This document shows positions 42,877 through 55,003 of a DNA stretch of 64,000 bases, piece after piece. The notes under the pieces were generated by a model. The model did no database searches. It was not told where the DNA came from and was given only the letters and a program-made list of their open reading frames with translations. Source of the DNA: Octopus vulgaris. Taxonomy: Eukaryota. The stretch is taken from positions 82,460,001-82,524,000 of the forward strand of contig OX597825.1 of NCBI GenBank assembly GCA_951406725.2, given 5' to 3'. Position 1 is the stretch's first letter; each line of letters opens with the position of its first letter. Made by a program: the position numbers and the translations under genes.

Positions 42877-43013
42877 ATTTATATGTATGTATATGTATAT
42901 ATGTATGTACAAATACATAATTGTACTTCTGTTTGCACGTGACTGTATACACAGGCACACCGCACACATATTTATATAATATTTATATACATACATGCAT
43001 ACATGCGTGTGTA

Positions 43014-43086
<73 letters not shown>
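42714..43086. repeat. (CTAT)n and (GT)n microsatellites
   Basis: (CTAT)n at 42714-42876 and (GT)n at 43017-43086. Confidence 0.95.
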
Positions 43087-43089
<3 letters not shown>

Positions 43090-44357
43090 TGTGCTTTTTC
43101 GATTGTTTGTGTTTAAAACTTGGCCGAAGTGTGTGAATGACCTAGTGAATACCAGCAGGATACAATGAAATATTATATCACCAATAATACATGGAATTAT
43201 TGCTTATGCATCGCTGTAGAAGATTTGCCATATCTCTTCAGAAACGGAAAGCAATTCAATCTTACGGCAACAGTAAAAGTGTACATGAAAAAAGTCTATA
43301 GACATGTGACTTGATAATTCTTCATTCTTGGGATTGATTTTGTTAAGGAGGAAGGCAATTATAATCTGAAAGGATTGGCAGTTATTCTTTTCAGGTCCGG
43401 CTGAAAATTGGCAGAAATCCAGAGTTTTAAAATATTTTAGTCTAACACAGATTCCCGACCAGCTATCAAATGTTCTAGATTGGGAAGTGTAGCTTATAGA
43501 TTCGCTATATTTCAGTATGATGAATGGCTATGTAAATAAATGGAGATAAAGACAAAATCTTCTGAATAATAGTTTTGCGAAAAACAAAGAAAAAAAATTA
43601 TTGTAGAGGAACAATCATTTGTACGAAAAAAAAAAATCGGGGAAAAATATCAGAAAGAAATAAAATATAAAACAGACGGCGAACAACCCGGAATCTATAT
43701 TATATGGAAGTGATTGTAGATTAGGTTGAAATCTAAAATGTTTTATCGTGTATTTTAAGTTCAGAGGAAACTAATAATATATTTTGTATCATGTTAACAA
43801 TACCCACCGCCCCCTAAAAAAGAATCAAAAAAGAATACACAGACAAACAGAAAGATTAAGCATATAGTGTAGAAACACGGCTATTATAATCTCACTAACA
43901 ATATTATATAATCAATATTTTTGATGGTTGTGTGAAACAAATACATAATCCAAATAAATATCGATAATATTTAGCAAACCTGACATTGGTAGTCTACCGG
44001 ATATTTTTAAACACTTTAAATATATATGATATCATAGCTCTAATTAAACAGAAAATATAATCAATCTTAATATATAATGATATAAAATATGTGCTATAAT
44101 TACATGAAAAAATAAACCCCCATTAACTTGTGTACTTCCGTAATAACAATGAAATATAACAGAACTGAATATAACATAAAGTAGAATAACTGAAACATAT
44201 TCTTAAGTCGAATATTCGTTAATATGATGTATGAGACTTGATGTATAACTTTGGATGGTATGCCAAAATTATATTTCAAATACATATTTATGTGCGTCTC
44301 TGTATATATATATATATCAATTTAAGTACACATACAGATATATACATACGTATATGC

Positions 44358-44588
44358 TTCTTTATTACTCACAAGGGGCTAAACATAGAGGGGACAAACA
44401 AGGACAGACAAACGAATTAAGTCGATTACATCGACCCCAGTGCGTAACTGGTATTTAATTTATTGACTCCGAAAGGATGAAAGGCAAAGTTGACCTCGGC
44501 GAAATTTGAACTCAGAACGTAGCGCCGGACGAAATACCGCAAAGCATTTCGCCCGGCGCGCTAACGTTTCTGCCAGTTCGTCGCACTC
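44358..44588 (-). mobile_element. Full-length SINE family M with ~27 bp TSD
   Basis: Flanks catacagatatatacatacgtatatgc (44331-44357) and catacagatatatacatatgtatatac (44589-44615). Confidence 0.9.
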
Positions 44589-45024
44589 CATACAGATATA
44601 TACATATGTATATACGCATGTATATGCATGTATGTATGTGTATGCATGTATGTATATGTATAAATATATCCATTACTGAAGATCAGTTGTAGATACACCG
44701 TGTGTACCATTCGTCTGTTTCATTATTTGTGTGTTCGTGTGTGCACGAACTGGTATTTGAATTGATATGTGCAACGTAATAATAGGCAATCTCATAATTT
44801 GCAAAATGCTCAAAAATAAATAATATTTGCAGGATTGCTTTAACCTAAACTAATATTTTACGTAAAACTTAATCCACATCTAAATATACATTAGCAAAAG
44901 AGGCAGTATTAATTAACAACGATTTCATATAATGTCTTGATATATCGCATTCATGTGTGCGAATGGGACTGCCGGTTGTAAGTCCTTTTTAAATTATTAT
45001 TATTGTCATTATTATCATTATCAT

Positions 45025-45955
45025 TCAGTAGTTTTATTTTTATAGCGTGCTTTTACTTCACTACCAAGCGCAGCTCTGTTTGCCTTGGGTATGTGCTGTG
45101 CTTTGCTGTGATTCTCTTATGGTTACTGTATTGAAAGTGTTTTGCATAGGATGTGTGCAGTGCCTAGTAGTGCAATTTTCTGTATGTTATATGTGTTTGT
45201 AAGTCCTGGTGTTTTTGTTATGCATTTGTCTGAATATTTTTTTTATCATACCTAATGCGCCTAATATGATAGGAATTGTTTCTGTTTTTAGATTCCACCT
45301 TCGAGTTACCTCTGTTTCCAGGACTTTGTATTTTGAAAGTTTCTCCATTTCTTTTAGAGACACGCTGTCATCTGGTGGTATCGATACATCAATTAGAAAG
45401 CATGTTTTTTTACTTCATGATCTCTGATAACTATATCTGGTCTGTTGGCCTTAATTTCTCTATCTGTGTGTATTGGCATATCCAAGAGTATGGTTGCTTT
45501 CTTGTTTTCTGTGACCTTTTCTGGCGTGTGCCGATACCATCTTTTTTCTGTTGTTATTCCATAGTGTTGGCATAGCTTCCAGTGTATGTAGGTTCCAACC
45601 CTGTCGTGTCTGTGAATATATTCCTTCTTAGCCAGGACTGAGCAACCAGGGATAATATGATTTATTGTTTCTTACCCATCTCCACATATTCTGCAGTTAC
45701 TTGTTATATTTCTTTCATTAAATGTTTTTTGGTAATTTCTGGTGGGAAGGCTTTGTGCTGCAATTAAAGATCCTTCAGTCTCTGCTTTGAGTCCTGAGCT
45801 TCTCAACTATTGCTAGGATTTTTCTTTGTCTATTTCTTTTGCATTTAGCTTAGTCCAGTATTTGCCATGAAAGAGCTTTTCTTTCCATCGATTTATCATG
45901 TTCTGTTGCTCTTCCAGTTTTAGTTTGGATTTCATTTGTTTTATAGCTTTTGTTG
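45025..45955 (-). mobile_element. R4/Dong-clade LINE 3' relic (RLE domain)
   Basis: WDMPIHTDREIKANRPDIVIRD, LIDVSIP, KEMEKLSKYK, TIPIILGALGMIKK and IQKIALLGTAHIL. The 3' end abuts an (ATT/ATC)n tract. Confidence 0.9.
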
Positions 45956-46029
45956 TTTCTTCTTCTTCTTCTTCTTCTTCTTCTTCTTCTTCTTCTTCTT
46001 CTTCTTCTTCTTCTTCTTCTTCTTCTTCT

Positions 46030-46520
46030 GCATCCTGTTTGTATTAGAAAGTTCCAAAGGATGGTGACACCCTCACCATTCACTACATCCTCTGGATGGT
46101 GCCTGTGCCACTAATCATGGGATTTAATTTTGTAATATTTACAAGCATTCCAGTGGATGTATTGAACTAGTCTGTCATGTCATATGAAGTATTACATTTC
46201 AGCGAGGACTGGGCAAGCCAGGAAGGTTCAGATCCATCTTTGAGGACATTTGCAAGGAAGTTTCTGGTAGGTAAGGTCTGATCTTGCGTTGCAATGACAA
46301 GAAATTTCAGACCTGTCCCTTGTAACCATTGGTGTGTTAGATTTTGATCAATACCTGGCTTGGACATGCTCTTCTTCTGGACGAAATGCTTAGCTTTATT
46401 TTTTCTGGCTTTATTGTTCAGAATAGATATAGTTAGTATAAGATTTAATTTAAAACATTTTATGGAGTGGTCGGGTATAAAACCTTTCAGTGTTAATTGG
46501 GGTGGTTCTGTCTCTAAAAT
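46030..46520 (-). mobile_element. Second R4/Dong-clade LINE relic
   Basis: IDQNLTHQWLQGTGLK..VIATQDQTLPTRNF and NGEGVTILWNFLIQT. Separated from the previous relic by (CTT)n at 45958-46029. Confidence 0.8.
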
Positions 46521-46521
46521 T

Positions 46522-46603
<82 letters not shown>

Positions 46604-46606
<3 letters not shown>

Positions 46607-46850
46607 CTAAACCTCGCTAAGATATTTCAATTAACCTGAAGATTGACTGTAACTATAACTCGAATTATTACGAATTGTACAGCCATGAAACGATCGTAGT
46701 GTTTTACTCTTTATCTTTTATTAAACTTTTAATACTTTTGATATATATTTAAAAATAATATAAATTAATTAATTTTATGTATTGGCTTATGTTTTTCATT
46801 GTTTGATTTGCCTAATAGTGGTTTTATCTCTAATATAATATAATATAATA
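46604..46850 (+). mobile_element. Repeat family I copy carrying a hammerhead-like motif, flanked by (TA)n on both sides
   Basis: 46710-46840 matches the reverse complement of 840-963. Confidence 0.8.
46632..46703 (+). ncRNA. Type I hammerhead-like motif with long stem II
   Basis: taac CTGAAGA t tgactgta...tacagcca t GAA A cgatcg T A gtgtt. Stem III is the palindrome ACGATCGT; stem I is weak. Confidence 0.55.
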
Positions 46851-46856
46851 TATATA

Positions 46857-46913
<57 letters not shown>

Positions 46914-46934
46914 TACGTATATATTATATCATAC

Positions 46935-47133
46935 CTTGATACTGTGTGGACTAAGATCCCCGTTGACAGGCCGCTGGTATTTATAGTGTTAAATACTTTC
47001 GCTATGCAAGTTGAGTATGTATACGCTTTAGCTGCTTGTTTCTTTGGAGATTGTGAAAATGTTGTGGATGACTTTGATAAGAACCCAGTAAGGTTCGAAC
47101 AACGATTAAGGTTGTTCATCTTTTTTTTTCAGT
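46935..47133 (-). other. Candidate spliced exon (199 nt), possibly containing a start codon
   Basis: Acceptor ttttaaccttttctctgtag| and donor aag|gtatga. The ATG at 47119 sits in an A-rich context and opens MNNLNRCSNLTG...VHTVS through the donor. No homology recognised. Confidence 0.35.
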
Positions 47134-47205
47134 CTACAGAGAAAAGGTTAAAATTTGCTCTGTTTATAATTATACCTTATGTTACGTGAGTATGTATATA
47201 TCATT

Positions 47206-47278
47206 TTCCCCGAGCGTCAAACATACACTTACTTTTTGTTCATAAATGTCTTCGTTTTTTTGTTTTTCTATAAATTTC

Positions 47279-47280
<2 letters not shown>
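47206..47280 (+). mobile_element. Partial (3') copy of the hammerhead element, inverted relative to its neighbours
   Basis: ttccccgagcgtcaaac...tgtcttcgtttttttgttttt matches the 3' half of 14125-14207. Confidence 0.65.
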
Positions 47281-47324
<44 letters not shown>

Positions 47325-47326
<2 letters not shown>

Positions 47327-47536
47327 CGGGAAGCTTTATGAAAATAAACAAAAGACGAAGGCAGGTGGAGTACAAACAAACAATTGTATTAGTATGGCGC
47401 TCAGGAATATAAATAAAACAAGTCTTTTACGTTTCGAGCCTACGCTCTTCAACAGAAAGATACACAAAAAAGAAACACGGAGAGTAACAAGGAGAGAAAA
47501 AAATGCGTGCAGAAGCTAGCGATTCAACATGGCGAT
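47325..47536 (-). mobile_element. ~200 bp hammerhead-bearing element, subfamily 1
   Basis: Homologous to 1771-1969, with (TA)n on both sides. Confidence 0.85.
47424..47459 (-). ncRNA. Minimal type I hammerhead-like motif (best preserved copy)
   Basis: cttt CTGTTGA a GAGC gtag GCTC GAA A cg T A | aaag. Stem I is cttt/aaag, stem II has 4 bp, stem III is palindromic ACGT. Predicted cut between 47428 and 47427. Confidence 0.72.
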
Positions 47537-47616
47537 TATATATATATATAGGGAGAGTTTATATATAGGGATTATATATATAGGGATTATATATAGGGAT
47601 TATATATATATATATA

Positions 47617-47844
47617 TAGTGAGAGTTTACGAAAAAAAACCAAAAGACGAAGACAGGTGGTGTACAAAACAAACAGATGTATTAGTATAACGCTCAGGAA
47701 TAGAAAAAGTCTTTTGCGTTTCGAACCTACGCTCTTCTACAGAAAGGGACACAGAAAAAACAAGGAGAGAAAAAGATGAGAGAAAAAGGGAAAGAAAACG
47801 GAGAGAAAAAACAAGGAGAGAAACAAGGAGAGAAAAAAGGAGAG

Positions 47845-47846
<2 letters not shown>
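47617..47846 (-). mobile_element. ~230 bp hammerhead-bearing element, subfamily 1 (tandem with the previous copy)
   Basis: Same orientation as the previous copy; expanded aaacaaggagag minisatellite in the leader. Confidence 0.85.
47711..47746 (-). ncRNA. Minimal type I hammerhead-like motif (U16.1 mutated)
   Basis: cttt CTGTAGA a GAGC gtag GTTC GAA A cg C A aaag. Confidence 0.6.
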
Positions 47847-47889
<43 letters not shown>

Positions 47890-48330
47890 GTGTGTGTGTG
47901 TGTGTGTGTGTATAAGTCAAAACCATGGCACATGGTGAACCTCTGAAAGTACTAAACTTATAATAGTAACTGAGTCACATTATCTTTTCTGGCACCACGT
48001 GTTTACTTGCTAGTGTATGTCTATTTAGTTCCATGAATTAAATTTGCTAATACTAACGTAAAGTTTACATATTGTTATAGTATAACGTACATATTCCCAA
48101 AATCTCCCTGGAAAGCGCTCGATAGCATAGATGTATATATTAGCGTGTGTTGTGAGCATTTCGTAAATCCGACATAAAAAAGATAATAATATTTTATTTT
48201 TAATAGAGAGAATGTATTTTGGTTGTCTCAGCATTCTGTCATGTCGCAATAAATTAGTCGTCATGTATCACACCATTTGAAATACCGTATTAATGTCAAT
48301 GCGATTATTGCTTCCTCTTGAGTTCCATAT

Positions 48331-48380
<50 letters not shown>

Positions 48381-49552
48381 ATATACATATATATATATAA
48401 TATATATAATATATATATATACACATATACATACGTATATGAAAATATACATATATATACATACACACATATGTATGGATATATATATATGTATTCCATA
48501 TGCATACATACATATATAAATACATATATATTTATATATATACATACACAAACATATGTATACATATGTGTGTACGTATATATATATATATACACCAACA
48601 TAAACAGCTTCTTAACTATCCGTGTAATCCATGTGTTTCTTTCTCTCCGTCTCTCCATCAATCTCTTCCTCTCTCTATCTGTTTGTCTCTCTCTCTCTAT
48701 ATATATATATATATCTGTCTATCCCTCCATCTATCTCTCTATCTATTTATCTTTCTATCAATGTTTTGAAGTGTACTGGTATGTTGTTGTTTTCTTTTTT
48801 TGTGTGACCTTTTGCTATCAATCGCACACGATGATATATGGCCTCGTAATATTTCCTTTAAGTTATCTGATAATTTATCATGGCCAATCTCGGTGGAATA
48901 AAGAAAAAGTCAAAGATAAGAAACGGCGAAAAATCAGATCACGCTGATATCTTTCTGATCTAATCGTTCTACATGTTAACAAATGATTGAATTCTACAAA
49001 GATAGTTTTCCAAAAAATGAAATATATTCTATTCATACTAATAAGTGAGTAGTTATAATCTATGACTGACTCAAAGATACACATCTTTTGACATTGGCTA
49101 TTATTAATCTATCTTAAATATTGTAGATGTAAGCACATGTGAAAACGACTTTATTTTGTTTATAACACACATGGTTTGTGCCAGGGTGAGGTTTAAGCAT
49201 TTAATTTATAATTTTTTTCTTGGAAATAAACATTGTGTACCTCGAGCTTCCGTCATTAGGGGACAAAATAATCTAACTTCTCAGACCATGGCACGGAGAA
49301 GGTTAAATGACGGAGGCTAGACTTCACCGATGCTTATTTGCATCCATTGCAGCCTGCATATTAGGGTGAACTACATCTACCAAAATTGTGATTAATATCT
49401 GAGCCCCCAGAAACGGCTGTTGGACTTATAAAACCTACCCCGCCTCCTCTTAATTTTCTCTCTCGTTTGTACCCTGTATATGTTTGATATATTAATATAA
49501 ATAGCTATATATAGCTATATATTTAAGCTTAAATATTCGTCTTCAGTCTAAA

Positions 49553-49951
49553 TACAGAGAGGACACAGAGAGGACAAACAAGGACAGAAAAACAGATTAA
49601 GTCGATTATATGGACTCCAGTGTGTAACTGGTACTTATTTAATGGACTACGAAAGGATGAAAGGCAAAGTCGACCTCGGCGGAATTTGAACTCAGAACGT
49701 AGAGGCAAACGAAATACCTATTTCTTTACTACTCGCAAGGGGTTAAACTCAGAGAGAACAAACAAGGCCAGACAAACAGATTAAGTCGATTATATCGACC
49801 CCAGTGCGTAACTGGTACTTATTTAATCGACGCCGAAAGGATGAAAGGCAAAGTCGATCTCGGCGTAATTTGAACTCAGAACATAACGGCAGACGAAATA
49901 CGGCTACGCATTTCGCCCTGCGTGCTAACATTTCTGCCAGCTCACCGCCTA
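49553..49951 (-). mobile_element. Tandem pair of family M SINEs (one 5'-truncated)
   Basis: The gaaaggatgaaaggcaaagtcga core occurs at ~49651 and ~49835. Confidence 0.88.
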
Positions 49952-50439
49952 CATCCGCTTATATATTAATTAATTAATTGTAATGAGATACACCAACCTT
50001 TAACTACCAAACCGCTTAAGTATTCAGCGTAATAAACAGCCAACATCTTTCTTCACTTAGGCATTATATATAATTGCCTTTGTTTGCAATATTAATCGCT
50101 TATTATCGTTTCTCTCTCAACTCCTTAATGAATTGTTATACTTGAGCCGAAACATATTTCGTGCGAAGTATAATGGTTGCTTTTTGTGTTTTCCATTGAA
50201 AATGCTGTTTAGTTATAACAAAAGCAGCTCAACCGCCCACTGTTGTCATGTTACAGATATCTGAATGATATTTGAGTTTAAGTACGTAAGGTTTTCAAAT
50301 TTATATTTCAAAACGTTTATTTATTTTTTAAATACAAAACAAACAACAAAACAAAAAACAAAACAAAATAAAACAAAAAATGCTTTGTCAATCGCTTTAA
50401 GAAAATGGGTGATTTAGTAGCACTGCTTTCTATAAACGA

Positions 50440-50590
50440 CATGAAATGGCTGGTATATCTTGAAAAATCCATAACAAATTCAGGTACCTTTTGAATCAAG
50501 ATTTTGGACATCTAGGTGTAAAACTCCACTATGTTAAATTGGATAAATTTGAATTTGGGTTTATTTTCTAGTTTCTTAAACCATTCAATA
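50440..50590 (-). mobile_element. Penelope-like element reverse transcriptase fragment
   Basis: IEWFKKLENKPKFKFIQFNIVEFYT*MSKILIQK matches the PLE RT motif IxWFxxIxNKxxxxFIQFDIxxFYPSIxxxLL. Confidence 0.72.
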
Positions 50591-50788
50591 GAACTGGCAA
50601 AATGGTTGCCGCGCCGGAAAAATTGTTTAGCGGCATTTCTTCTGACTTTGCCTTCTGGGTTAAAATGCCGCCGGAGTCTTTCATCCTTTCGGAATCGATA
50701 AAATAAATAACAAATGATCACTGGGATCCATGGCATCGATTTATCTACTTCCCCGAAATTATTAGCCTTATGCCAAGATTTGAAATAG

Positions 50789-50790
<2 letters not shown>
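50590..50790 (+). mobile_element. SINE family M, degenerate, tail T2
   Basis: ctttcatcctttcggaatcgataaa core and gccttatgccaagatttgaaa tail. Confidence 0.7.
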
Positions 50791-50872
<82 letters not shown>

Positions 50873-50944
50873 CATTGAGTGAGAGAGCAGTGCATGCCAT
50901 CAAAGTGACACTGGAGTGTCACTTTTTATACCCATCTGATAAGG

Positions 50945-51268
50945 GCATTAGGGCATTCTATCTATCTAGGTCGTCCCATAGGATGACCCAAGACTGTTTC
51001 CACACGTTTTCCCCATTAATCTCGATCTTCCATAATGGTTCTCAGCTCCTGTAACCCCCTTCCATACCAGTAGCCCTCAGCAAATTGTCGATACAGGTCG
51101 TCTTCTTCCTTCCTTGCGTTGGTTGCCAGAGCAATAGCTTGTTAGAAATTTCATTGGTATGACTGATGCAGCCTCCAGCTAGTCTCATCCTTCTGTGTAT
51201 CTTCAATGTTCCTTTTGGTAGCCCCTGGTATAAATCGGTGCATGTGGTATGAAAACGGCTTTTATTAC

Positions 51269-51270
<2 letters not shown>
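50945..51270 (-). mobile_element. RTE/RTE-X LINE 3' relic between (ATT)n tracts
   Basis: LYQGLPK...RRMRLAGGCISH.NEISNKLLLWQPTQGR...TCIDNLLRATGME. It is preceded by a short element-L end at 50873-50920. Confidence 0.75.
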
Positions 51271-51331
<61 letters not shown>

Positions 51332-51362
51332 CGTTATTATTATTATTATTATTATTATTATC

Positions 51363-51445
<83 letters not shown>

Positions 51446-52816
51446 TATTATTATCATTATTATTGATATGTTTTACTCCTTTCAATTTTCTTTCCTGTTC
51501 TTGCCGAGTGCCCTCCCTACACCAAGGGCAAAGGAATTCGCGGTACACGTCAGTAGGTCATTACAATAAACACACCAGTTTACTATTCTTTCGTTTAAGT
51601 TATGCATTAGAGTATATAGCCAGAAGACAGGAACATACGCACTTCCGTCGCAGAAAACCAAAATATTACAACGAAAATTTGAGTTTAAATCTTTGCCAGA
51701 GACAAAAGAAAGATGTTTGCATGAAATACTTCTCACAACTCAGGCGATTTATAGTTTAAAATTTGAGAGCAAATGTCATAGCATTCAACATAATATGAAT
51801 GGAATTGAAATCCAACTTTTACGTATTCGTCTCACTCTTTTATGTTCGGAAATATAAGAACTCTGCTAGCAGCTCTTCCCTTCTTACTAAACGTATAAAC
51901 TATGTTCTAGTTTGCGTGTAGGGGAAGTATCTGTGTTCTACCTTCTGGCATTAAACCATATAATAGAAATTAACGAAAGCAATGCTTTACTGCATAATAC
52001 ATCTAGAAAGAAAGGAAATAAAATATGAAGCATAAAATTGAATTAGCGGAACCCGTGCATATTTCACCATTTATAAATGATCTCATTTATATAAAATTTT
52101 GTTAAATATATTTATGGATTCTCATAACATTTTTTTCTTTATGTTAAATATTTTAGTTATGCTCTGTATTTCGTTCACGAGGAAAAGATGTTGAAATGTT
52201 AACTCTCTAATATGTTTCATCATGTTAAATATTTTTGAGTTCAAATCGCAACGAGGATAACTTTCCGTTGGGTCGATAAAATAAACTATCCTCTTATTCT
52301 GAACTCAACAGTATCACTAGATAGCTCTCACCAAATTTCTGGCCTTGTTGCTAAAGGAAAACCTATTGTGGTCGTGTCGAACGAAACACGTCGCATCAAA
52401 TATTATAGATATTTCCAAGTGCCATGATTCCAACTGACAACTCATCAGGTTCAAAATGTATGAAGTTATCTGGATAGTAATTCTTGTACTCAACTACAAG
52501 AATTGCCCATCAGGTATGTTTGTAACCATATTATATTTTCGATGTGCTGAAGTATTCCTTATATTTACCTATTGATGACTGGCAGGAACACGGTATTTTG
52601 TTATGCAATCATAACATATCACAAAGTTTATTGAAGACTTTACAAGTCAATAATGTATTCTCCCGTGTTAGTAGTGCTATCAAATATATATGTATATATA
52701 TATATGTGTATGTATATATATATATGTGTATGTATATATATATATATATGTGTGTGTGTGTTTTTGTGTGTGTGTGTTTGTGTGTATGTTTACGTATATG
52801 GATGAATACGTATATA

Positions 52817-53671
52817 GAGGGTGCGATGGGTAAATTGCTACCATTGTTTGTATTTTGTCGACCACAGTATAGAATGGTCAGTTGGGCTTCATCCGTGAGA
52901 ATAACAGCACCGTGACGCAATTGAATCTGCCAGAACTTTGGAAACGACATGCTGTCCTGCTTTGCATTCCTACCAGAAACTCCAATATGAACATTTCAGT
53001 GTTTTTGGGTGCCAATTTGGGGACAGTGCAATATGATGACATGTACCGAGAGTAACAAAAATATACATCACCCAGTCAACAGCCTGATGTTTAGAGTGAT
53101 CATTAGTGATGGTGACATACCTCCATTCGTCTTCCCACACGGTTTGAGATACAACACGGAAACCTACATCAAATGCATGGAGGAGGTAGTACTGGTCTGG
53201 TTTAAAGGGGGTGGCCGCTGGAAGACATATGTCTGGCAATGAGACTCTAAACCATGCCACACAAGCAGGAGAATCCAGTCATGGCTATCAGACTATTTCT
53301 GCGATCCCACCACCCCTAACATCCGGCCACCTAACTCCCCAAATTGCCACCCCCTTGATTATTATTATGTGTGGGGCGTAACTGAGCGAGAGATCGACAA
53401 AACTGTTGGTAACACCAAAGGGGAATTGAAGGCAAGGATTATGGCAGCAATCACCAAGTTAAACAAGGAGACCGTCCAGAAGAGTTGCAGGAGATTCTGA
53501 ACTCGTCTGGAGATCGTGGTTGAAGCCAATGGCCATTTTATTTAATAAATTTACTCTTCAGTAATGCCGGATATTTTTATGTAAATTTAGTAAATATATC
53601 TGTTAAAATGAAGTGTCAGTGTTATCTTCCTTTTTGCATAATTTAGGCGACAGGTTATTCACCGCACCCTG
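52817..53671 (+). mobile_element. Internally deleted DD37D (maT) family DNA transposon
   Basis: Relic YVWQ*DSKPCHTS...PPNSPNCHPLDYYYVWG...LEIVVEANGHFI* has exactly 37 residues between the last two catalytic Asp. Imperfect TIRs (c/g)agggtgcg / cgcaccctg with TA flanks. Confidence 0.9.
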
Positions 53672-54355
53672 TATATATACATAAATTTATGTATACATAC
53701 ATACATACATACATACACATACATACATACATACATAATATACATACATACATAAATACATACATATATACTCCCCATGTATATATATATATATGTAAGA
53801 ATGTATACATGTATATTTGCATACTTTGCCAAAAATTTATATTTCAAATTCATAATTTTAGAAAAATCGTTTCACTTTACAACTAAATTTATGAATTTAC
53901 ATCAAAATTACTCGTAATTGCTGTCGAGAAAATATTGACAAAAAAAAAGAACCTAGAAGGTTATTTGAAATACTGATTACTAGTTCTGTTAATTAAATAT
54001 TAGGCAATTAATTAATCAAATCAATTTATTAGGCTTTGAAAATTATATCAATTTAGCAACATATGATATGAAAATAGTAGCTAAATATTTAGATTGTAGT
54101 TTTGATGAAATACATTTCGAAAGACGAAAATATACCTTCAAAAGTCTACAATTGCATAAATAGAGGAAAGGATGTTCCTTTATAGAATTCATAACATACG
54201 AAATATTTGTTTATTTGATCATATTAATTAGTTCAATATTAGACAAATCTATCAGGTATTGATCTTCTTTTAGATAATCATATCCGTTGTATCTATTTCG
54301 AGGTATATTGTTTTTACCTCCATGTAAATAGATTTCGTTATTTTATAGACACATT

Positions 54356-54709
54356 AAGACGACGAGCAGGCATTTTAATTAACCCATCGGAATGTATATA
54401 CATAGCGGCTGTATTTCCGGTTTTACGTCGTGCGTTCAAATTTCGCCGAGGGCGACTTTGCTTTTCATACAATCAAGATCGATAAATAAGTACTAACTCT
54501 CTTTTACTCTCTTTTACTTGTTTCAGTCATTTGACTGCGGCCATACTGGTGCACCGCCTTTATTCGAGCAAATCGACCCCGAGACGTATTCTTTGTAAGC
54601 CCAGTACTTATTCTATCGGTCACTTTTGCCGAACCGCTAAGTTACGGGGATGTAAACACACCAACATCGGTTGTCAAGCAATGCTAGGGGGACAAACACA
54701 AACACACAA

Positions 54710-54744
<35 letters not shown>

Positions 54745-55003
54745 CATATATACGACAAGCTTCTTTCAGTTTCCGTCTACCAAATCCACTCACAAGGCAT
54801 TGGTCGGCCCGGGGCTATAGCAGAAGACACTTGCCCAAGATGCCACGCAGTGGGACTGAACCCAGAACCATGTAGTTGGTTAGCAAGCTACTTACCACAC
54901 AACCACTCCTGCGCCTATTATTCTTGAGTAATGGCGGTCGATGAAATCACCTAGGCTTTCACTCTGCCAAATGTTCAGGCCTTGTGCCTATGGTAGAAAG
55001 AAT
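54356..55003 (+). mobile_element. Old family M SINE split by a younger S2 insertion
   Basis: The M 5' half ends gataaataagtacta (~54495) and its 3' half resumes at ~54925. Confidence 0.7.
54497..54917 (-). mobile_element. Full-length SINE family S2
   Basis: Complete copy with a (taaaagag)2 tail. Confidence 0.92.

Noticed and set aside
52405-52452. Minus-strand CTGATGA...GAAA motif
   Set aside because: There are extra unpaired bases before GAAA, no stem I, and it is not in a recognised repeat.
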